NCBI GenBank assembly: GCA_048886185.1
Contig: JBHLKY010000017.1
Coordinates: forward strand, 1-32,000
Length of the DNA: 32,000 nt
Reading direction: 5' to 3'
Source of the DNA: Candidatus Hermodarchaeota archaeon
GTDB lineage: Archaea > Asgardarchaeota > Heimdallarchaeia > Hodarchaeales > Hodarchaeaceae
Shown: in pieces, positions 24,858 through 32,000 of the stretch
Position numbering within the stretch: position 1 is the stretch's first letter
How the letters are laid out: each line of letters opens with the position of its first letter
Made by a program: the position numbers and the translations under genes
Notes under the pieces: model-generated
What the model was told of the DNA's origin: nothing
The model's input: the letters and a program-made list of their open reading frames with translations, nothing else
Database searches by the model: none

Positions 24858-26195
24858 TTAGAAAATCATCGGTCTCAACATAGAATTTTTTAAATCTTTT
24901 TTTTCATTTAGTATTCTTCCAAGAAGCTTAATACCTTCTGTGATCATCTCTGGAGATAATAATGAATATCCAATTCTCATTGCGTTAGTTGGTATTTCTA
25001 ATGGAATTAATTTAGTCTCTTCAGTAATAGAATAACCATGTTGAGGGTAAAAGGCACTTCCAGGGACATAAGCTACTCCCTTGTCTATAGAAGTCTGGAT
25101 GAACTTTAGCGAATCAAAAATAGGATTTGATGTTTCATACCAAACAAAAAATCCACCAGTAGGTTTAGTAAATGAACCATTAGGCATGAATTCTGTTATC
25201 GCTCTAATCATGGCTTTACATCGTTTCTCATAACCCTGACGTATTAAGGGGAGGTTAATATCAATGTATTTTTCATAATATCGTGCAAGAATTGCTTGTA
25301 CAAATTCTGATGAACAAAGGTCATAATATCCCTTACACTTTATCATAGCTTTCCTCAAATTTTCAGGAAGAACACTATAACCCACTCTAAAAGAGGCAGC
25401 TTCCTTGGTGGAGGTAGATAAATATGCAATTCGCTGATTATCGGGATCATTTTCCTTTAAAGGGTGAATATAATTCCCATTTTGTCGAAATTGAATTTCT
25501 TTGTACGCAACATCTTCCACAATAAGGAGATCATTATAACAAAACACAATATCTATAATCTGTTTTTTTCTCTTAGGAGAAAGAGTAGTTCCTTTTGGAT
25601 TATCAGAATAAGGAATGGTATAAAGAATCTTGGGAACCTTCCCAAACTTGGTTTTACATAATTCAATAGCATCCTCAATGAACTCTGGAATTAAACCCCC
25701 ATCATCGGAAGGAAGAGTAACAATAGTCGCCCCAAGCTTTTCAGCGGGTAAAAGAAAACCCAGATAAGTAGGTCTAGTTGTTAGAATGATATCTCCAGGA
25801 GTAATTAAACAATCATTAATGGCATAGAGTGTCTGTTGAGAACCAGTCGTAATCAGGATATCGTCGGCATCGCACGATACATGATCGTGCTTCTTCAGCC
25901 TTTTAGCTAATATTGTTCGGAAATTAATATTCCCTTCTGTGGCTCCATAGTTATACTTCTCCAATACACTACTATCTTTTTTTTGGATTAAGATTCTGTC
26001 ATCAGAAATAATGTCCTCCATAATCCGATGGAAAGTTTCAATAGGCAAGATACCCGGTTTTCCCCCACCAAAGTAATACTTAGGGGAGAACCTTAATAGA
26101 CGTCGAATTTCACTTTCAGGTAATTTATTAACCCAATCTGCATATTTAAGGGATAAAGGAGGGTGTTTGGTCTGTAATAATCCACTAGTGTTCAT
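24858..26195 (-). CDS. PLP-dependent class I/II aminotransferase (LysN/ARO8-like)
   Basis: SEIRRLL, FGGGKP, ITTGSQQ, PTYLG, YTIP..DNPKGTT, IVED.AY, STSTK (PLP Lys), FRVGY, PTGGFFVW, GVAYVPG..FY, MRIGYS. Confidence 0.92.
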   Translation of the reverse strand: MNTSGLLQTKHPPLSLKYADWVNKLPESEIRRLLRFSPKYYFGGGKPGILPIETFHRIMEDIISDDRILIQKKDSSVLEKYNYGATEGNINFRTILAKRLKKHDHVSCDADDILITTGSQQTLYAINDCLITPGDIILTTRPTYLGFLLPAEKLGATIVTLPSDDGGLIPEFIEDAIELCKTKFGKVPKILYTIPYSDNPKGTTLSPKRKKQIIDIVFCYNDLLIVEDVAYKEIQFRQNGNYIHPLKENDPDNQRIAYLSTSTKEAASFRVGYSVLPENLRKAMIKCKGYYDLCSSEFVQAILARYYEKYIDINLPLIRQGYEKRCKAMIRAITEFMPNGSFTKPTGGFFVWYETSNPIFDSLKFIQTSIDKGVAYVPGSAFYPQHGYSITEETKLIPLEIPTNAMRIGYSLLSPEMITEGIKLLGRILNEKKDLKNSMLRPMIF

Positions 26196-26330
26196 TTTTA
26201 ATAACCAACAGATAAACTTCTTAATTTATCTGGATATATACTAAAAAAACATTATTTAATATATTGATCGATAGACGAACTAGCAATATATTTATATATC
26301 TAAATGGACGATTATTTTCTTGTAGAATAA

Positions 26331-26867
26331 TTGGATTGGTTTCTCTTGTATACAGATGCAGAAGTTATTGATCGAATAGATCGTCAAATTATCGAAATGA
26401 TGAGAGTAGATGGAAGGATTTCTAGACGAAAAATAGCTAAAAAGCTTAATATTTCTCCTCAAACAGTCCAAAATCGAATAAACGCTTTGGAGGAGAACGG
26501 AATTATCTTAGGTTATACAATCATAACTAATGAAAAGAAATTAGGAAAAGGTGTAACCGCATTTCTCCTTGTTATTTTGGACCGAACAAAGCATGCATGG
26601 TCTTTTACTGAACAACATTTAATGTTACGTCAACAAGATTTGGAGATAATAGAGATGCACCATATCACTGGTAACTGGGATGTAGTTCTAAAGATTAAGA
26701 CACGCAACCTTGATACTTTAGAAAACACCATTCTGAAAATAGTCAACATGCCAGGAGTTAGTCGAACACTTACATTGATGTGTCTTAGTTCAACTGAATA
26801 TGGTTATGAGATGAAACGATCTCAACCTGAATTACTGCCCTCCGACCTTCTTTGGAATTTCACGTGA
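26331..26867 (+). CDS. Lrp/AsnC-family transcriptional regulator
   Basis: IDRIDRQIIEMMRVDGRIS...IAKKLNISPQTVQNRINALEENGII, plus a RAM domain (HHITGNWDVVLKI). Divergent from the aminotransferase. Confidence 0.92.
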   Translation: MDWFLLYTDAEVIDRIDRQIIEMMRVDGRISRRKIAKKLNISPQTVQNRINALEENGIILGYTIITNEKKLGKGVTAFLLVILDRTKHAWSFTEQHLMLRQQDLEIIEMHHITGNWDVVLKIKTRNLDTLENTILKIVNMPGVSRTLTLMCLSSTEYGYEMKRSQPELLPSDLLWNFT

Positions 26868-26894
26868 ATTTCAATTAAAGATATGAAATTGAGC

Positions 26895-27302
26895 TTATTC
26901 TAAATGACTCAAAAGCTGTTCTGCATTGGATATATCTGATAAAGGTTCACCATCCACAATGAAAATAGGTGTCTTTCGTATACCCTTGATTGTAAGTTTT
27001 AACTGACCCCACAAGCTTTTTCCCACATCAACTATCTCAATGTTGACTCCCGTCTTCTCTTGTACCATTCTAGCGATATTTAGCGCATTCCAATCCTCAT
27101 CGGAGTAGAATTGTCCAACACGATCACTTACTCCATCAAGATTGATGCTAGGATTTTTATAGCTCATAAATCCCATACCACGATCACAGGGATGCTTTCC
27201 GCCACCTTGCTGATTCGCAATAGACCGTGTATTGATATTTATGGACTTAACATGTAATGTGACTTTGACATTACCTTTTTCATTCAAATTATTCATCCTC
27301 AT
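26895..27302 (-). CDS. Hypothetical protein, possible degenerate thioredoxin/glutaredoxin-like fold
   Basis: C-terminal VNIEIVDV...GIRKTPIFIVDGE resembles the Trx-fold cis-Pro region. No CxxC. Confidence 0.6.
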   Translation of the reverse strand: MRMNNLNEKGNVKVTLHVKSININTRSIANQQGGGKHPCDRGMGFMSYKNPSINLDGVSDRVGQFYSDEDWNALNIARMVQEKTGVNIEIVDVGKSLWGQLKLTIKGIRKTPIFIVDGEPLSDISNAEQLLSHLE

Positions 27303-27633
27303 TTTCCTTGCTTTGATTATTTCTGTGATGATTCAAGCTATTTGTGATTTAGAGAGGGATTGATACCTTTTTTACAGTTTATATATGTGTAAATTATGCA
27401 GGTATTTTCAAGAAGTGAGATTTTAAGTCCAAACTATAATTTAGATAAAGAATGAAAGCTTAAGACGGAATAGAGAGAACTTTCATCTATCATTTACTAT
27501 CTCTTTAGTTCTCATGTGATCATGAGAAGTAAGGAATTCAGGTTTCTGAAAGATAAACCACAATCTTTTGATTTTGTGAGTAAAAAATCTACATAGGAAA
27601 TCTCATAAGGGAGGATGAAGGCAATCAAAACAA

Positions 27634-27798
27634 ATGAAAAAAGAAGAATTCCTTACAGTTTTAAACGAAAAACGTCAAATTTGGAAAAGGAAACTTGAAT
27701 TATACTCAATTCCTGATATCCCTCAATTTTATGGGATTTTAGCTACAGTTAGCTTATTAGACTATGTTATATCCCTTGCAGAAGAATTAGAGTGTTAA
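27634..27798 (+). CDS. Small hypothetical helical protein (54 aa), below the ORF-track cutoff
   Basis: Manual translation MKKEEFLTVLNEKRQIWKRKLELYSIPDIPQFYGILATVSLLDYVISLAEELEC*, in an otherwise empty 600-bp gap. Confidence 0.45.
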   Translation: MKKEEFLTVLNEKRQIWKRKLELYSIPDIPQFYGILATVSLLDYVISLAEELEC

Positions 27799-27902
27799 AT
27801 TTAACCAAAACGAATGCTGACTCTGATATAAATGTGGATAACTCTTAGCTCAAAATCAGGAAAAAAAATTCTCAATTTTGAGTCAGTGGTGTTAGAAAAA
27901 AA

Positions 27903-28601
27903 ATGACAGATTACACAACCAATTTAATAGATTGTGCTCTCACTCTAGGAGCTACTCTCGTAGGTGTTGCGGATTTATCACAATTAGAATCTCTAGAAAC
28001 ACATCCTCAAGATCTATTAAACGATTTTAAATTCGCTATTTCAATAGCTATTTCATTACCAACAAATGTTTTTAATCTAATATCAAATGAAAATCCAGGA
28101 GAACTCTATGCTCATTATTATATAACAGGGAATACATTTCTTGATCAGTTAACCTTCCGTCTTTCAGAACGAATTATTCTATATGGATATAAGGCTCTTG
28201 CGATACCAGCTTCCTTAAGCTTGGGTGAACACGAACTTTTGTCAAATATATCGCATAAAGCAATAGCTAGAAATGCAGGACTTGGATGGATCGGTAAAAA
28301 TTTGCTTTTAATAAACCCAAAACACGGCCCACGTATACGGCTTGCTACAGTTTTATCAGACATTCCATTAACTCCTGGAAAACCATTAAGAAATCAAAAT
28401 TGTGGAAATTGTACGAAATGTATTGATTCTTGCCCAATTAAAGCATTAAAACCATTTGATTTCAAAGAATATCCTCTTGAAAGAGAAAAAGCATTCGATG
28501 CAAAAAGATGTCAGACTCGTTTAAAGAAAAATAGAAAACTCACTAATATTGATGTTTCAATCTGTGGTATATGCATCAAAGTATGTCCGGTAGGAAAGTA
28601 A
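27903..28601 (+). CDS. QueG/reductive-dehalogenase-like 2x[4Fe-4S] (probably cobalamin) protein
   Basis: GATLVGVADL, SHKAIARNAGLGWIGKNLLLINPKHGPRIRLATVLSD, CGNCTKCIDSCP, C...CGICIKVCP. Confidence 0.85.
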   Translation: MTDYTTNLIDCALTLGATLVGVADLSQLESLETHPQDLLNDFKFAISIAISLPTNVFNLISNENPGELYAHYYITGNTFLDQLTFRLSERIILYGYKALAIPASLSLGEHELLSNISHKAIARNAGLGWIGKNLLLINPKHGPRIRLATVLSDIPLTPGKPLRNQNCGNCTKCIDSCPIKALKPFDFKEYPLEREKAFDAKRCQTRLKKNRKLTNIDVSICGICIKVCPVGK

Positions 28602-28817
28602 AGATTAAGATGGAGGAGGAAAAATCTAAATAATAATTGTCCAGATTCCAAGATGTTCTATATCTAAGGAGTCTTAATCCTTATTCAAGAAGAAAGAATT
28701 ATTTTACTAGAATAATTTTCATCAACTTGTACGATTTTTTATCAAAAAGTAGAAAAAATTCTTAATCTTTAATCCTGTAATAATCTCAAGCTACTCCTAA
28801 AAGGAGAAGAGAACAGT

Positions 28818-29765
28818 TTGGAAGATTTATCAAAAAAACGTATTCCTATAGCTATAGTAGGATTAGAAAATGCTGGGAAGACAACACTAGCCAATAGATT
28901 ACAAACTGGAAAGTTTATCCCTACCACAACTCCAACAAAAGGATTAGATATAGAAACAGTTCAGATTAAAGAAAATTTTTTCCAGCTTTTTGACTTAGGA
29001 GGACACGTATCTTTTCGGGAGATGTTCTGGCAAACCTATGTGAAATTGTCTCAAGGAATCATTTTTGTCATTGATTCAACTGATATAAAGAGAATTGATC
29101 AAACAAGCGAATGGCTTTGGAAATGTCTTGAGTGGAATTCAACAGCTCCAATTTTAATTTTGGCTAATAAGGCAGATTTGGCTCATATCGAATTAAATGA
29201 GCTACTAAATAATCTAAAACTTGATCAGCTACCACAAAAGAGCCCAGAACGTTCATTTCAGATCTATGAGGTGTCTATGAAGGAAGGTACAAATTTAGAT
29301 GAAGCATTAGGTTGGTTTTTTCAAAAATTAATCCCAATCCTTCAAAAAAAGAAAGTAAAATTAATAGGGATTTATTTGTATCTTCCTACAGGGATTCCAA
29401 TCGCATCACATCGATTCACATCTGAATCAGAGGAATTGGATGAAGCTACAGTCCCTGGATTTTTATATGCTCTTGATCAATTTGCTTCTGGGGTTATTGG
29501 CCCAAGTGACGGATTAAATTCGATTTCTACAGGACAAGGAAGTATTCTTATGGTTAAGAGAGAAGGAGTGATGTGTGCCATTGTAACAGATAAAGAGTCT
29601 GATCCCATTACCTCACGCATTATTGCTGAATCTTTTTTAACTTATGTAGAAACAACATTTTCACAGAGTATCTCATTACTAGTAAAAGAAGGAAAAGTGA
29701 GTTTTCCAAAGAATCTTATTCTTGACTTTTTAACAAGAGAATTTGCTCAAAATATAATTTTTTAG
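28818..29765 (+). CDS. Arf/Sar-family small GTPase fused to a C-terminal longin-like domain
   Basis: GLENAGKT (G1), PTKG (G2), FDLGGH (G3), NKAD (G4), VSMK (G5). C-terminal IGIYLYLPTGIPIA...VPGFLYALDQFASGVI. AGGAG RBS upstream. Confidence 0.9.
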   Translation: MEDLSKKRIPIAIVGLENAGKTTLANRLQTGKFIPTTTPTKGLDIETVQIKENFFQLFDLGGHVSFREMFWQTYVKLSQGIIFVIDSTDIKRIDQTSEWLWKCLEWNSTAPILILANKADLAHIELNELLNNLKLDQLPQKSPERSFQIYEVSMKEGTNLDEALGWFFQKLIPILQKKKVKLIGIYLYLPTGIPIASHRFTSESEELDEATVPGFLYALDQFASGVIGPSDGLNSISTGQGSILMVKREGVMCAIVTDKESDPITSRIIAESFLTYVETTFSQSISLLVKEGKVSFPKNLILDFLTREFAQNIIF

Positions 29766-29778
29766 CTTTGAAGGAGAA

Positions 29779-30048
29779 TTAACAACTACTTTGGGTTGCC
29801 TTTAATCTTAAGAATTTTCGAAGCTTAGTCTTTAATACTCCACCCATACAGCCACATCCTAATGGATGCGTAAGAATTGCATCTGTTGGACATTGTAAGG
29901 TGCAAGCACCACATTCTATGCATTCAGCTTCAACCATAATCTGAGCTTTTTTATTCTCATCAAGAATTATGATTTGGTGGGGACAGACATTTACACACCA
30001 CTCACATCCGATACATTTTTCAATGAATATTTGTGCTGTCAATTTCAC
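29779..30048 (-). CDS. hgcB: HgcB-like 2x[4Fe-4S] ferredoxin
   Basis: CIGCEWCVNVCPH and CIECGACTLQCP (the HgcB C(M/I)ECGA signature), extra GCGC and a terminal Cys. Starts 12 bp downstream of the hgcA-like gene. The symbol means hgcB-like. Confidence 0.8.
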   Translation of the reverse strand: MKLTAQIFIEKCIGCEWCVNVCPHQIIILDENKKAQIMVEAECIECGACTLQCPTDAILTHPLGCGCMGGVLKTKLRKFLRLKATQSSC

Positions 30049-30060
30049 TTTCCTCTAAAA

Positions 30061-31722
30061 TTATAATAACATGTTAATTGCCGAACTCACCACTGGCAGT
30101 AGTAAGGCAATCACCGCAAGAACTAACGCAGGGATTGAGAACAATACGAGGTCACTTTCCACATCAAGATGATTGGTGAATGGAGTACTACCTGCAAAAT
30201 CCAAAACGACAAACATACTTACAAGTAATACCAAAGCTATCCAAAAAAGAACTGTACCAATATTATTTCCTTGATTAATGACATAGATAAAAACCAAAAC
30301 TGCGTTTATTCCGCCTAAAAGAATTCCTTTCTTGAAAAACGACCTTACTGGATTCAAAATAGGATAAATCCATGCAAATAACATAGATACAGTACAACCG
30401 ATAATTGTCATCTGGATCATAACATTAAACCAAAATAAAGCACCAATAATTCTTAAATATCCCAGGAAACCTGTTAAGAAGCATAAAGGAAGAAAAACGA
30501 CGATTAGTATGAAAAAAGTATGTTGTATCCCCATTAAGGTCCTATAGGAAAAATCAAACTTCACTTTTCCTTGATTTTGTGTTTTATTACCGTCCCTGAT
30601 AAAATCATCTATAGAATCAATATAAACTGGACCGAATTTCGGTTTCCATCCAAAATCTTTGAGTTTCTGGTGATCAACACCTGTTGCAGAGAGTTGGGGG
30701 AGTATCAAATTTCTATGATTTACTACTAACTCTGCATTAAACAGACGTAATGCATCAATAACTTGAGAATGGCTAAAATGTCCACCCCCAGCAGCACACC
30801 AGACATTAATGCCTGCAGAATCAATAACTAACAAGTAACAATCAATTTTTTGCTTGATTAGAGAGGAATAAACAGAATGGAGCGTCCAATAATAATTACC
30901 AGTAACAAGAAAAGGTGATGTTTGTTTGGGTGTTCCTACTTTATAAAGTCCAGGTGGGACTTGTTTGCGTGTTAACAATCCATTTAAAATACACCAAGCA
31001 ACCTTTATTCGACTAACTCGGCCCAGAACAGAGTTTATTGGAGTAAAACTCACCCTCTTGGAATCAAGAGTCTCTTTCAATCTACATTGATAAAATTGGA
31101 CTGATTTCTTTAAACCCTTGTACAAGAGTTCGCATGAATAATAATCACTTAAAAGAACCTCAAAATTTCTGATTGGGGTTGTTGTTGCACTACTTCTTAA
31201 TAACATTATCTGGGAATTAATGGCCTGTTTCATTGAATATACAAATCGCTTAAATAATGAAGTGGGGATGGTTTCAGCTGCGATAAGCAAGCTTCCTGTT
31301 GTTTTTAGCAACTGACTGGTCTGTTTTATGAATAGTTCTTGTTGAAGGGGACTAAATTCCGAAAGAACAAATGTTGAAACTATAAAGTCAAACGGTCCTA
31401 GATTTTTCAGGTTATCAAATATTTGAAAATCGATAAAACTTCCTTGTATGAAATTAATGCTAACTTGTTCCTTTTCAGCAGATTTACGAGCATGATTAAT
31501 CATTTCTACTGAAATGTCCACAGCTACTACATCAAGGTCTTGTTCTGCTAATTGGATGGCTAGCTGGCCTGTGCCACACCCAATCTCTAAAATTCGGCCA
31601 ACCTTCCCGACTTTTTTTCTGATTATTTCATAAATCGAAGATGATTCAGGAAAAAGCTTATGAAACTCCTCATCATATTTATCAGGTTCCTTTTCTAGGA
31701 TTTTCATGTAAATAAGACTCAT
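30061..31722 (-). CDS. hgcA: Fusion of a class I SAM-dependent methyltransferase with an HgcA-like corrinoid domain and TM domain
   Basis: N-terminal ILEIGCGTG, VVAVDIS.EM, FDFIVSTF. Middle PPGLYKVG.P...SPFLVTGNY, LLVIDSAGINVWCAAGGG, LILPQLSATGV, FGPVY. About 5 C-terminal TM helices with DFAGSTPFT. The symbol means hgcA-like; activity is not established. Confidence 0.88.
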   Translation of the reverse strand: MSLIYMKILEKEPDKYDEEFHKLFPESSSIYEIIRKKVGKVGRILEIGCGTGQLAIQLAEQDLDVVAVDISVEMINHARKSAEKEQVSINFIQGSFIDFQIFDNLKNLGPFDFIVSTFVLSEFSPLQQELFIKQTSQLLKTTGSLLIAAETIPTSLFKRFVYSMKQAINSQIMLLRSSATTTPIRNFEVLLSDYYSCELLYKGLKKSVQFYQCRLKETLDSKRVSFTPINSVLGRVSRIKVAWCILNGLLTRKQVPPGLYKVGTPKQTSPFLVTGNYYWTLHSVYSSLIKQKIDCYLLVIDSAGINVWCAAGGGHFSHSQVIDALRLFNAELVVNHRNLILPQLSATGVDHQKLKDFGWKPKFGPVYIDSIDDFIRDGNKTQNQGKVKFDFSYRTLMGIQHTFFILIVVFLPLCFLTGFLGYLRIIGALFWFNVMIQMTIIGCTVSMLFAWIYPILNPVRSFFKKGILLGGINAVLVFIYVINQGNNIGTVLFWIALVLLVSMFVVLDFAGSTPFTNHLDVESDLVLFSIPALVLAVIALLLPVVSSAINMLL

Positions 31723-31859
31723 TGTTGATCAAAACCCGTAATAGGGAAATTTAGTTTCATCTTATATATCTCTGGATTGTGGTGCAGCACAATATTTCCG
31801 AACATTGATATGAGATAATGGATTCAATACATTTGATTAACTTTTGGAGTTAACAGCGA

Positions 31860-32000
31860 ATGAAGGTGAAGTGTCAAGCCTACTGCAGCAAATGTTACCA
31901 TGAAAAAGGGAGGACACAAGAATATGATCCCAACGATTTAATCTGGTTCTGTTCGAGTTGTAAGAAGAATTTTTTATGTGAGATTGGTGTTACAAAAGGT
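31860..32000 (+). CDS. Small Zn-ribbon-like Cys-rich protein (partial, runs off the window end)
   Basis: Manual translation MKVKCQAYCSKCYHEKGRTQEYDPNDLIWFCSSCKKNFLCEIGVTKG, with two CxxC pairs and a GGAG upstream. Divergent from the hgcA-like gene. Confidence 0.6.
   Translation, partial: MKVKCQAYCSKCYHEKGRTQEYDPNDLIWFCSSCKKNFLCEIGVTKG

Noticed and set aside
1118-28363. Short ORFs in the track that lie antisense to, or overlap, larger genes (e.g. 1118-1315, 1649-1918, 4755-4943, 6716-6943, 8247-8537, 9417-9617, 10656-10838, 11858-12094, 12735-12917, 13526-13723, 14730-15116, 15941-16150, 18939-19214, 19120-19305, 20501-20770, 21115-21312, 21591-21809, 22498-22776, 24593-24799, 25464-25661, 28145-28363)
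   Set aside because: They are shadow ORFs on well-supported genes, with no recognisable motifs.
29779-30807. Selenocysteine in the HgcA cap helix or at the HgcB C-terminus
   Set aside because: The cap-helix codon is TGT (Cys), and the ferredoxin ends AGT AGT TGT TAA. There is no in-frame TGA.
31080-31722. Calling the fused MTase an arsenite methyltransferase (ArsM)
   Set aside because: I could not see the conserved ArsM Cys set. Only generic class I motifs are present.

Overview
Low-GC archaeal chromosomal window, very probably from an Asgard archaeon (Heimdallarchaeia/Hodarchaeales-like). This is inferred from an Arf-family GTPase fused to a longin-like domain, a Rab-like GTPase, other longin-like proteins and GGTGA/GGAG ribosome-binding sites. 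It has about 30 CDS. I found no rRNA, tRNA, CRISPR array or transposase. From left to right: a minus-strand accessory run (partial DUF4256, MBL hydrolase, flavodoxin, PadR plus HAAS-RDD, GNAT, a helical ESCRT-III/PspA-like candidate, metallophosphoesterase); a 1611-aa single-pass surface protein with Ig-like repeats and a cytoplasmic longin-like domain; two tandem SDRs followed by a 2-hydroxyacyl-CoA dehydratase/benzoyl-CoA reductase-type subunit pair; a tandem longin-like protein; a membrane-anchored wHTH regulator with DUF3160; a 7TM / Rab-like (internal TAA) / tandem-wHTH operon; Lrp with an aminotransferase and EamA; a QueG/RdhA-like Fe-S protein; and an Arf/Sar1-like-longin fusion. The most notable locus is at the right end: a class I SAM-methyltransferase fused to an HgcA-like corrinoid/membrane protein (NVWCAAGG), directly followed by an HgcB-like ferredoxin (CIECGAC). 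All family calls are from motif recognition by eye; no searches were run.
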